From positions 1 to 64,000 of the IMG/VR virus record IMGVR_UViG_3300027899_000012: a stretch of 64,000 nucleotides of DNA; one strand, written 5' to 3'. This stretch comes from a virus. Under the pieces are notes generated by a model. That model saw only the letters and a program-made list of their open reading frames with translations, was not told the origin of the DNA and made no database searches. Both the position numbers and the translations under genes were made by a program. This document shows, piece by piece, positions 1 to 8,244 of the stretch. Position 1 is the stretch's first letter. Each line of letters begins with the position of its first letter.

Positions 1-132
1 CCACTGCGGTACGGGGCCGCGTTACCAAACGAATCCGTGGGACAAGGAGAGAGACTGTCATGGCAAAGATCCTCAACATTCGCGAGCGCGTTCATCAACC
101 GTACAGAGACGCGCTCATCCGGACCGCGGGCT
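1..132 (+). repeat. Direct repeat copy A (leader plus 5' end of candidate capsid gene), truncated by window start
   Basis: 1-132 matches 899-1030 with one mismatch (110 C vs 1008 T); period 898 bp. Confidence 0.95.
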
Positions 133-830
133 TCGCGACCGGCCGGCTGACTTCGTCCAGCGACCTTTTCATCACGCAGGGGCGGGATGAAGGCTGGACC
201 AACCTCAAGACAGCGGCCGTTCTCGCGAACGACTCCAGCATGATCGTGCTCGCCGCACGCGTGCTGCAGTGGTTCCGGGCACCCGTCGTCCGCTCGTTCG
301 ACGGCGTCACTGGCGTCATCGATCGCAACGGCGATATCGGACCCCAGAACGTTGCCGACGGTTGGGTCTTCCCCAACGGCGCAGGCCAGCCTGCCATCGG
401 AAACGGCATCGGCGACTTCGAAGACGTGTACCGCCTTCACTGGCAGTGCGCAGAGGGCCTCTTCTGGACGATGGGAGCCGGAGAGAAGGACAGCCTGAAG
501 TCCATGCCCAGCATGTACTTCCCCTACGGTGGCGGTCTTTCCGGTGACATCGGTGGGTCGAGCGAACTCATCCATCTGCAGAACGGTCTGCCGACGCACA
601 CGGCCATCCTTCGGGTTGCTCGCGCCATCACCATCACCCCGCGCCAGCTCATCCGCGTCAACGTCAACGCGGTTGCGTACGACGACGGCGGAAACGGGAC
701 ACTCTTCGGATCGTCCACCACGCAGGGCCGCAACATGCTCAATCCGATCGACAACCTGAACGCGGCCGACGCGATCATGAAGGTCGTTTCGATGACGATC
801 GACGGCTTGCTCAGCCGCGACGTGCAGTAG
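60..830 (+). CDS. Candidate jelly-roll major capsid protein, paralog 1
   Basis: SD AAGGAG; 256 aa; HQPYRD...LF...G...TNL....L.ND pattern I associate with single jelly-roll capsid-like proteins; paralog of 958-1734. CDS certain, product tentative. Confidence 0.5.
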   Translation: MAKILNIRERVHQPYRDALIRTAGFATGRLTSSSDLFITQGRDEGWTNLKTAAVLANDSSMIVLAARVLQWFRAPVVRSFDGVTGVIDRNGDIGPQNVADGWVFPNGAGQPAIGNGIGDFEDVYRLHWQCAEGLFWTMGAGEKDSLKSMPSMYFPYGGGLSGDIGGSSELIHLQNGLPTHTAILRVARAITITPRQLIRVNVNAVAYDDGGNGTLFGSSTTQGRNMLNPIDNLNAADAIMKVVSMTIDGLLSRDVQ

Positions 831-898
831 GCGTATCGACGCTGAAAACAGGCAAGGCGAACGAAGGACACGTAGGGACCAGGAACACGACACATTTC

Positions 899-1030
899 CC
901 ACTGCGGTACGGGGCCGCGTTACCAAACGAATCCGTGGGACAAGGAGAGAGACTGTCATGGCAAAGATCCTCAACATTCGCGAGCGCGTTCATCAACCGT
1001 ACAGAGATGCGCTCATCCGGACCGCGGGCT
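899..1030 (+). repeat. Direct repeat copy B
   Basis: Near-identical to 1-132. Confidence 0.95.
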
Positions 1031-1734
1031 ACAGCACGGGTGGCCTCGGAGCCAGCAGCGACCTGTTCATTGCGCAAGGACGAAATGAAGGCTTCACGAA
1101 TTTGAAGACCTCCGCCGTCCTTCCGAACGACTCCAGCATGATCGTGCTCGCAGCGCGCGTCATGCAGTGGTTCCGTCGCGGCACGATCCGCACCGAGAGC
1201 CAGGGCGTGGTCGTCAACAATGGCGACGGGAACCTGTTCCCGAACCTCGCAGGCCAGCCTGCGGAAGGCAACGCTGGAGGCGACTTCCTCGACGTGTACC
1301 GCCTTCACTGGCAGTGCGCAGAGGGCCTCTTCTGGACGCTCGGCGCCGGAGAGAAAGACAGCCTGAAGTCCATGCCCAGCATGTACTTCCCCTACGGTGG
1401 CGGCCTGGACGCCATCCTCGGCATGGCGGCGCGATGGACGGTGCGAAGTGAACTGGATACGATTCGGCCTCTGATTCACTTCAACAACGGCGAAGCCACT
1501 CACACGGCCATCCTTCGGCTCGCGCGCGCCATCACCCTGACGCCCCGCCAGCTGATCAAGGCGTCCGTGACGGCCATCTCGTACGACGACGGCGGCAACG
1601 CCCCGCTGTTCGGATCGCGCACGGCAACGGGCCGCAACATGCTCGACCCGATCGCCAACCTCAACGCCGTGGACTCGATCGCCAAGGTGGTCTCGCTCAC
1701 GATTGACGGCCTTCTCAGCCGCGACGTTCAGTAG
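958..1734 (+). CDS. Candidate jelly-roll major capsid protein, paralog 2
   Basis: Same leader, N-terminus and C-terminus (TIDGLLSRDVQ) as 60-830, with divergent internal segments. Confidence 0.5.
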   Translation: MAKILNIRERVHQPYRDALIRTAGYSTGGLGASSDLFIAQGRNEGFTNLKTSAVLPNDSSMIVLAARVMQWFRRGTIRTESQGVVVNNGDGNLFPNLAGQPAEGNAGGDFLDVYRLHWQCAEGLFWTLGAGEKDSLKSMPSMYFPYGGGLDAILGMAARWTVRSELDTIRPLIHFNNGEATHTAILRLARAITLTPRQLIKASVTAISYDDGGNAPLFGSRTATGRNMLDPIANLNAVDSIAKVVSLTIDGLLSRDVQ

Positions 1735-1743
1735 TCGCGCCGC

Positions 1744-1810
1744 CCGAAGAACGCTTCGGACGATACCGCGTGTGTATCGCGCCCCCGGCGCCCTCGCGCT
1801 GCCGGGGGCG
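1744..1810 (+). promoter_or_regulatory. Three consecutive stem-loops between capsid-like genes and next gene
   Basis: CCGAAG/CTTCGG 1744-1759, CGATAC/GTATCG 1761-1779, CGCCCCCGGC/GCCGGGGGCG 1780-1810. Confidence 0.6.
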
Positions 1811-1828
1811 TCTCCCAGGAGGAGCGAT

Positions 1829-2845
1829 ATGGATCTCAATCAACTTCAGCAAGTTCTCGCTCGCATCGAGGCCAAGGCCGACGGTGCCAACAAAGCCGCA
1901 CGTCAGGTGTGGGACAACGTCCAGCAGGCTCGCGGCGACGTGGCAAGTGTCGCGCGCGCTCACCAGGAACAAGCAGCGCAGGTGCAGCATCTTCACGGCC
2001 TGATGCAGGGTCTGAAGATCGGAGGCGGCAAGACGGGTGGTAGCGGTGAACCCCACCCCGCGCAGGTCGGCCGACCCGACATGCTCGCCATCGAAGAGAT
2101 TCCCGGGCGCCGCATCCCCTGGGACATCACCGTGCAGATCGGAATCCCCGACTCGCAGGTGAGCCCCTTGCCCGGCAGCTACCCCCTGAGCATGGACGGG
2201 CCCTTCGTGGCTGTCGCCAGGTACGCAACGTTCGTGTCCTCGTACACGTTCCAGGTCACCGACGGCGCGAACATCAACCGCTTCACGGGCCGAACCTGGG
2301 GCCGGCAGCGGCCGATCAGCAGCGTCCTGGACCTGATGGACGCCATGACCGGTTGGGCAGACGGCGTGGGCATCGAGTCGAGTGAGGCCCCGTGCGAGGA
2401 AGCAGATCCTGGCCCGGTTCCCGCTGTGATCTCCAGGCCCACGAGCCGAAACCCGGGCCGATCGATGGTCTTCGACGGCTACGTCAAGCTCACGAACGGC
2501 ACCTACCCGCGCCAGAACCAGCAAGTCCCGACGTCTCTGTGGGCACCTGGCTTCAACCAGATGCTTCAGCTGCCCGTCCTGGACTATTGGGAGAAGGGCG
2601 ACACGATCGAGTTCGAGGTCGAACCCTCGCACTCGAACAACGCCCCGCAGGGAAACATCCAAGCGCTGCTGGGAAGCATGCCCTACCTGGACGGACAGTT
2701 CGACGGCCAGGAAGGCATCATGTACCCGGAGTGGCAGTGCACTCCCGACGTTGCCGACGTGATTCAGCGCCGGCCCGCGGGCATTCTCATCGTGGGCCTG
2801 CTCGGCTTCAAGATCCTGCAGCCGCCGGGCGTCCGTCTCCGGTAA
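1829..2845 (+). CDS. Putative virion structural protein (N-terminal coiled coil plus beta-rich domain)
   Basis: SD AGGAGG before ATG 1829; follows capsid-like genes. Confidence 0.55.
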   Translation: MDLNQLQQVLARIEAKADGANKAARQVWDNVQQARGDVASVARAHQEQAAQVQHLHGLMQGLKIGGGKTGGSGEPHPAQVGRPDMLAIEEIPGRRIPWDITVQIGIPDSQVSPLPGSYPLSMDGPFVAVARYATFVSSYTFQVTDGANINRFTGRTWGRQRPISSVLDLMDAMTGWADGVGIESSEAPCEEADPGPVPAVISRPTSRNPGRSMVFDGYVKLTNGTYPRQNQQVPTSLWAPGFNQMLQLPVLDYWEKGDTIEFEVEPSHSNNAPQGNIQALLGSMPYLDGQFDGQEGIMYPEWQCTPDVADVIQRRPAGILIVGLLGFKILQPPGVRLR

Positions 2846-2856
2846 GGAGGTGACCC

Positions 2857-3681
2857 TTGGCTAATCGAATGCCCTTCTCGCTGCACACTTCCCGACTCGA
2901 TCGGGAGGGGTGCCCTGTCGATCCGACCTCGCCCGTTCCCCCTCCCTGGGATGGCCCAGGGGCGTCAGGAGCGCCAGGAGCATCCCCTGCGCGGGGTCCG
3001 AGCCGCTTCAGCGAAGTCGCTCAGATGATCGCGAAGTGGGGACGCAACCCTGAGTTCCTGCCGTACGAGGAAATCTTCCGGAGCGAGCCCAACGAGGCTT
3101 GGTTCGATCCGGCTCGTGACCCCGATCACCCCACGCAGTTCGAGATCGCGAGCGTCCGGCCCGAACGAGGCCAGACGATACTTCTGTTTGACTACGAAGT
3201 CATCCCGTACTCGTTTTCGGGCATCACGGCGCTCGACTACCAGCCCCTGGACGACGGCTTGCTTTCGGGCGTGTTCGGCTATTCCTTCCGGATCAACGGA
3301 CAGGAACCCGGGCAGCTCAAGTACCGACTAGACCCCGTGTCATCGACGATTCGGCAGCAATCGCAGCGCTTCAACCAGAAGCTGCAGAAGAACCTGACCG
3401 AGCTTTCCGCCGACGACTACGCGATCTCGCAGTCGCAGAACTACGCTGCGGCCGCAGGCTACGGCACGGGACTGCACCCGCAGACCCGGTCTCACTACGG
3501 CGCGAGAGGCGCTCCGTTCACGGAGTTCATCCACGACGAGCAAGTGCTCGCGGTCGTCGGGGTTGTGTACCGCCCTGTCGAAGTGCCGATCGCGTTCATT
3601 CAAGTCCGCCTTTCCGGCTTCAAGTGCGGCTCGACGATGGCCAAGCAACTGGAAGCTGATCTTCGCAACAATTTGCGCTAG
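2857..3681 (+). CDS. Putative virion structural protein
   Basis: SD AAGGAGG then TTG; 274 aa, beta-strand-like pattern. Confidence 0.55.
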   Translation: MANRMPFSLHTSRLDREGCPVDPTSPVPPPWDGPGASGAPGASPARGPSRFSEVAQMIAKWGRNPEFLPYEEIFRSEPNEAWFDPARDPDHPTQFEIASVRPERGQTILLFDYEVIPYSFSGITALDYQPLDDGLLSGVFGYSFRINGQEPGQLKYRLDPVSSTIRQQSQRFNQKLQKNLTELSADDYAISQSQNYAAAAGYGTGLHPQTRSHYGARGAPFTEFIHDEQVLAVVGVVYRPVEVPIAFIQVRLSGFKCGSTMAKQLEADLRNNLR

Positions 3682-3774
3682 GTTGTCCTACGAGCGCTTC
3701 CGTGTACGATCGGGGAGCGGCGCAAAGAAAAAGCGTCCGCTCACCCTGGCCTTCGTATCCGGGAGCGCTTGTTC

Positions 3775-4707
3775 ATGTTTGATGTAGCCGTCTGCGACAT
3801 TTTCTCGAACTTCGACTCGAACTTCGCGAACCTCGACGGGTACAACAAGTTCACCCCCGACAACGACTGGATCATGCGGGTCCTCGTGGACCAGTGGGAA
3901 ACGGTCGTTCCCCCGTCGAGCAAGATCCTCAGCGTCGCGGAAGCTGTCAGCACGACGCTCGCCGTGTGCAATCAGCTGAGCACCTACCAGGTCAAGGGCG
4001 TGTGCCTGCAGCAGGTGCCGCAGGGCCAGGAAACGGCTTCGTACAACATCAGCAAGCTGGCCTGGTCGTTTGGCAACCCGTGCAGCAACAAGATCGCGGC
4101 CGGCGACGGTACGTGGATGATCGACGTGGTGTTTCGGCCTCGCATCAGCACAACCAACTGGACGGGAGTGGACGGCAACCTGTGGGGCGAATACTTGCAG
4201 AAAGCCCTCGCGGGATCGCGAGGATCGCCGTCTGTCAAACCCGTAGCTCTTTTCCCGCTCATGGACGCTTCGGTCGGCGACTTCCAGAACACGTACAACG
4301 ACGCGAAGGCCTTCTGGTCGAACGTCCAGGCGTACTGGGAAGTCAATCAGACCAACTCTGCCACTTCTACCACCGGCTACGGATACGACCAGCGCCTGCA
4401 GATCAACAAAGATGGCCCCGCATGGGCAAGCTTGCCGCTGGTCGGGCAGGGCGGCGCCGGACTGGCGCTCGGCAGCGCGCTGGCTCCGCAGCTTCTGCAG
4501 CCGCTTCAGCACTCCGGCACCATCATCAACGGCATGGGGCCGGGAACTCCGGCCAACCTGAGCACAGCCAACCCGGACGATCCTTCTTCCTGGCCGATCT
4601 CGCTGCCCGCCGGATGGGGCTCGCTGGCCCCTTCCGAAAAAATCGTGGGCGTCGCGGCGGGTCTGCTGATCGGCTACGGCATCGCGAAGTGGTACCTACG
4701 CTGGTAG
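3775..4707 (+). CDS. Hypothetical protein with C-terminal membrane anchor
   Basis: Ends IVGVAAGLLIGYGIAKWYLRW. Confidence 0.7.
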   Translation: MFDVAVCDIFSNFDSNFANLDGYNKFTPDNDWIMRVLVDQWETVVPPSSKILSVAEAVSTTLAVCNQLSTYQVKGVCLQQVPQGQETASYNISKLAWSFGNPCSNKIAAGDGTWMIDVVFRPRISTTNWTGVDGNLWGEYLQKALAGSRGSPSVKPVALFPLMDASVGDFQNTYNDAKAFWSNVQAYWEVNQTNSATSTTGYGYDQRLQINKDGPAWASLPLVGQGGAGLALGSALAPQLLQPLQHSGTIINGMGPGTPANLSTANPDDPSSWPISLPAGWGSLAPSEKIVGVAAGLLIGYGIAKWYLRW

Positions 4708-4720
4708 AGCCCGCGCGCCG

Positions 4721-4749
4721 TTGTGCGTTTGGGGGCTCGCCCGTAGCAT
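4721..4749 (+). promoter_or_regulatory. Sigma70-like promoter
   Basis: TTGTGC-17nt-TAGCAT, then AGGAG and ATG 4769. Confidence 0.5.
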
Positions 4750-4768
4750 AGGGGCAGGAGATAGCCCC

Positions 4769-6091
4769 ATGGTTTGCTCGTCCTGCCTGATCGCGCTCGC
4801 TGGCTTCGGTGAAGACACGACGCCTGCTTCCCCCGCGCAGACTTTGCCCACCGCGGTGGGTGCTGAAGTGCTCGGAAGCCTCATGTACGTCGTCGGCGGT
4901 CCCGTCGTCGGCGCGATCGCGCTTTCGATCGTCGGAGCCGTCGCGTGGAAGTCCCACCGTGTGGCCGGCGGAGCCCTCGGTCTGGTCGGCGGAGGCATCC
5001 TGGGAGGCCTGGTAGGCTCCTACTTCGCCGCTCGCAAGATGGAAGCCGTCTTGCCCCAGCTGCAAGACGCGCTCGACGCAGCAGCGGAAAACTCCATCCC
5101 GGTGACGCAGGAAGGGATGTTCGCTCCGCCCCCCGGCGGCTGGACGATCGGGCCCCTCGAATTGCCCGCCGGCACGGTTGCGGCTCCTGGCTTGATTCCG
5201 GGGAACGTGTCGGTGCGGCCCGGCCAGCTTCTCGGCCTGCTCAGCATGGCCAAGCCACCGCCGGCCAACTCCGCTGGCCCCCTGAAGATGAACATGGGCA
5301 TCCCCGCCAAGCAGCCGCCACCTCCGGCCGCCACGGGCTGGAAGGTGCCCGTCATCAAGGCGTCGAGCCCGGTCGTGAAGGTGCCTGTGCTTCGTACGGC
5401 TTCGTCGTACGCGGCTTCGGCCGTCAAGGTGCCAGTGCTCCGAACGGCTTCTTCGTACAACGCCCCAGCGGCGTCGCAACCGGCGGTCGTGAGCACGAAA
5501 AAGGCATCTTCGTACAACGCACCGACCTCTTCGGTCGTGAGCACGCGCACGGCTTCTTCGTACAACGCGCCGCCCGCCGCGGTTGCGTGCGAGCAGCAGT
5601 GCTCGGACAAGTACTTGCCCAACAACGACCTGATGAACTGGGGAGGCTGCGTTCTCGGGTGCAATCCTTCGGCACCGGCGCCTGCCGTCACGTGCAAGCA
5701 GCAGTGTTCGCAGACGTACGGCCAGCAGATGCTCACCGGCGACAGCAGCGGCTGGTACAAGTGCTGGGTCGGCTGTGAAGCCGCAACTTCCCCGCAAGCT
5801 ACCGCGGCCGTGAGTACGCGCACGGCGTCGTCGTACAACGCTCCCAGGACAGGAACGGCGTCCACCAGCCCCCTGGCTCGCATCGGAGCGGCTATCCAGA
5901 CTCTGCTGGCTCCCAAGACGGCCATCCCGTCGAGTTCGGCAGTGAACCTGATCATGCCCGGGACCCAGGCCCCCACTTCGGGTCAGCCCGTGGTCAAGCC
6001 GGTCCTGCAGATCAGTTCAACAGCCCGTCAAGTTGTCGTGCCCACTGCAGCGGTCAACACGCCGTCGTACGGTACGACGAAATTGCTCTGA
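4769..6091 (+). CDS. Membrane protein with ASSYNAP repeats and duplicated Cys module
   Basis: SD AGGAG; two N-terminal hydrophobic helices; about 5 (T/K)ASSY(N/A)A repeats; two CxQQC...WxxCxxGC units. Confidence 0.75.
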   Translation: MVCSSCLIALAGFGEDTTPASPAQTLPTAVGAEVLGSLMYVVGGPVVGAIALSIVGAVAWKSHRVAGGALGLVGGGILGGLVGSYFAARKMEAVLPQLQDALDAAAENSIPVTQEGMFAPPPGGWTIGPLELPAGTVAAPGLIPGNVSVRPGQLLGLLSMAKPPPANSAGPLKMNMGIPAKQPPPPAATGWKVPVIKASSPVVKVPVLRTASSYAASAVKVPVLRTASSYNAPAASQPAVVSTKKASSYNAPTSSVVSTRTASSYNAPPAAVACEQQCSDKYLPNNDLMNWGGCVLGCNPSAPAPAVTCKQQCSQTYGQQMLTGDSSGWYKCWVGCEAATSPQATAAVSTRTASSYNAPRTGTASTSPLARIGAAIQTLLAPKTAIPSSSAVNLIMPGTQAPTSGQPVVKPVLQISSTARQVVVPTAAVNTPSYGTTKLL

Positions 6092-6095
6092 TCCC

Positions 6096-6329
6096 ATGCT
6101 GCCGCTGATGCTCCTTTCGCAGAACAAGCACGTCACGGACAAAGTCCTGGCGATCGCTGGCTATCTTGGCGGACTGGGCGAAATGGACGTGCGTGAGCTT
6201 TCAACCACCCGCATCCCCGTCTGGGCCGTCGCAGCAGCCGGAGGGGTTGTGGGACTGGTCGGCGGCTTCTGGTTGGTGCGCAAGCTGCCGGCGTCATGGG
6301 TGCTAGGCAAGGAGCATCGCACGCGATAA
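6096..6329 (+). CDS. Small membrane protein
   Basis: LGGLG motif then TM segment WAVAAAGGVVGLVGGFWLV. Confidence 0.7.
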   Translation: MLPLMLLSQNKHVTDKVLAIAGYLGGLGEMDVRELSTTRIPVWAVAAAGGVVGLVGGFWLVRKLPASWVLGKEHRTR

Positions 6330-6342
6330 GCTCGCGCTCACG

Positions 6343-6990
6343 ATGCCATCCATCCTCGACTTTTTTCGGGCGTCCATCAGCGGAGGCGGCGCGCAGGTAA
6401 ATCCCCTGCACATCGCCCAGGCCGTAGGGCAGTTCGCTCACACCCTGGAATCGTACGGAAATGACCGCGCCAAGGCTCTGCTCACGCACGTCCTGGCCCC
6501 GTGGGCGATCGGCATCGCGCAGAAGGCTCCCACCAAGTGGCTGCTGCCCGCTTCCGTTCCGCCCGTCTGCGCTCACGAAGAGCCCGCTGGGATCTGCGCC
6601 CAGTACGCCATGGGGGGGTGCCACCTGTGCGGCCGACCGGTGTGCCTCGGTCACGCCCTGGTCAGCGCCGACGCTACGCTGGTCTGCTGGGCCTGCATGA
6701 AACTGGCAGCTCAACACGCCACCCCCTGGCAACCGAGCCCTCAGCAGGCCCATGGCGTCGCAGGACAGGCCAACGATTGGGCCTACGACCTTCTGGGGAT
6801 CGAGAGAGACGCGACGGCGCTCGAAGCCAAGAAGGCGTACAAGCGAAAGATCGCCCAGTACCATCCCGACCGGCACGACAACGCGTCCGCCGACGAGAAG
6901 CGAGCCAATGGCGATCTAGTGCGAAGTTTGAAGAAGGCCTATGATCTGGTTGTTGCCGACATAGAAAAGCGAAAAGGCCGCCCAAAATGA
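6343..6990 (+). CDS. Zinc-binding plus DnaJ J-domain protein
   Basis: CxxC...CxxH...CxxC region; C-terminal AYDLLGI...KKAYKRKIAQYHPD...AYD J-domain with HPD. Confidence 0.9.
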   Translation: MPSILDFFRASISGGGAQVNPLHIAQAVGQFAHTLESYGNDRAKALLTHVLAPWAIGIAQKAPTKWLLPASVPPVCAHEEPAGICAQYAMGGCHLCGRPVCLGHALVSADATLVCWACMKLAAQHATPWQPSPQQAHGVAGQANDWAYDLLGIERDATALEAKKAYKRKIAQYHPDRHDNASADEKRANGDLVRSLKKAYDLVVADIEKRKGRPK

Positions 6991-7403
6991 GTTACGAACG
7001 CGCCAACGTGCTGGACAAGACCCCCGGGCTCGCCTTCGAGGCCTTCATTCCCGGAACAAGGAACCCGATGATCCCGCAAGCCATGTACCGACCCCGCGCC
7101 GCCGGTCCCCGCAGCCTCGTCGGGCTCGAAGGTCTCGGCGCGCACCAGTACTACGCGCCCCTGCGCCAGATGCGCCTTCCCCTGCAGGGGCTGGGCGCTG
7201 ACCCCATCACGGACCTTCTCGGCGGCACGCTCGACCAGGCCCTGCAGATGGTGATCGTGCGCAGCGCGCCTTTCATCCAGGCCCAGGTCAAGCCGATGAT
7301 TCAGCCCATTCAGATCCTGATGGGAATCACGGCTTTCGCGTCCGTCGTCGGCGCCGGCTTCGCTTTCCTCGCCTGGAAAAAGAGCAACGCTCTCGGATAT
7401 TAG
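6987..7403 (+). CDS. Small membrane protein
   Basis: ATGA overlap; LEGLG and LQGLG motifs; C-terminal TM. Confidence 0.75.
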   Translation: MSYERANVLDKTPGLAFEAFIPGTRNPMIPQAMYRPRAAGPRSLVGLEGLGAHQYYAPLRQMRLPLQGLGADPITDLLGGTLDQALQMVIVRSAPFIQAQVKPMIQPIQILMGITAFASVVGAGFAFLAWKKSNALGY

Positions 7404-7415
7404 CACGCGCGATGC

Positions 7416-7445
7416 TTGACGTAAGCACGTGCGCGCGCGTAGTCT
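7416..7445 (+). promoter_or_regulatory. Sigma70-like promoter, leaderless transcript
   Basis: TTGACG-18nt-TAGTCT-7nt-ATG(7453). Confidence 0.6.
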
Positions 7446-7452
7446 CGCCGAC

Positions 7453-8241
7453 ATGAGCGAGCCGAAGTCCGCCCCCCCCACGCAACCCGCCCCGCCGCCA
7501 GCCCCAGAGACCGCGCCGCAGCCTCGCGCCCCAGAGTGGGGCATGATGGCGGGAGACAGCCCCGCTCCCTTTGAGGAGGCGCCTGCGATGACGGACGAGC
7601 AACTGGACAGGGCCGTCGGGCTGCAGGAGCCCGAGGTCTGGGGCGCAAAGGGCGTCTGCCTGCCCCCCGGGGAAGCCAACAAGTATGCCGGCATCCAGGG
7701 CATCGTCCGGGGCGGCACCACCACCAGCGCCTACGACAACGCCCTGCAAGCCTCGATGGCCGATGCCGAGAAGCGCCGGGACCAGGACGACGCCGACAAG
7801 CGCCTGGCCCAGGTGCCCGTCGAACGCGGCGGCGCCATGATGTTCCAGCGGGAATTCGCCCCTCAGATGACCTCGCCCCGCGTGCTCATCCGGTACGTCG
7901 GCAAGGGCCGAGACGTCCTGAGCGAACAGCTGTGCGAACTGGTTGTGGATGACTCGTCGGGCCGCGAAGAGCACATGCTCATCTTCGTTTGCCCGGCCTG
8001 TTTCGAGCGTGGGGTACCCTCCGGATTTGCCCAGTGCCACGTCAAATCGACGCACCGAAAGTGGTACATCGATACGAAGGAAGCAGGGCAAATAAAGGCT
8101 GCTCGAAACTCCGATGCCCCCAGCGGGCAAGAGTTTTATACCACCGCCGGCACCGTCATGGATACCGACGTTCTGCGTTGCGACAACGTAAACTGCGGCG
8201 CGGCGTTCAAGATTCACAACAACGTCATGTACAGGGTGTAG
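7453..8241 (+). CDS. Hypothetical protein with C-terminal zinc-binding Cys motifs
   Basis: CPAC and CDNVNC; Pro-rich N-terminus. Confidence 0.7.
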   Translation: MSEPKSAPPTQPAPPPAPETAPQPRAPEWGMMAGDSPAPFEEAPAMTDEQLDRAVGLQEPEVWGAKGVCLPPGEANKYAGIQGIVRGGTTTSAYDNALQASMADAEKRRDQDDADKRLAQVPVERGGAMMFQREFAPQMTSPRVLIRYVGKGRDVLSEQLCELVVDDSSGREEHMLIFVCPACFERGVPSGFAQCHVKSTHRKWYIDTKEAGQIKAARNSDAPSGQEFYTTAGTVMDTDVLRCDNVNCGAAFKIHNNVMYRV

Positions 8242-8244
8242 CCG

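Noticed and set aside
1-1734. Diversity-generating retroelement TR/VR pair as the cause of the duplication
   Set aside because: Differences are not adenine-specific, both copies are intact genes, and no reverse transcriptase is in the window.
811-5976. Long antisense ORFs such as 811-1839, 1715-2662, 4526-5797, and similar ones later (23457-24734, 28713-30098)
   Set aside because: Shadow frames typical of high-GC DNA, opposite well-supported genes, Arg/Pro-rich and without motifs or start signals.
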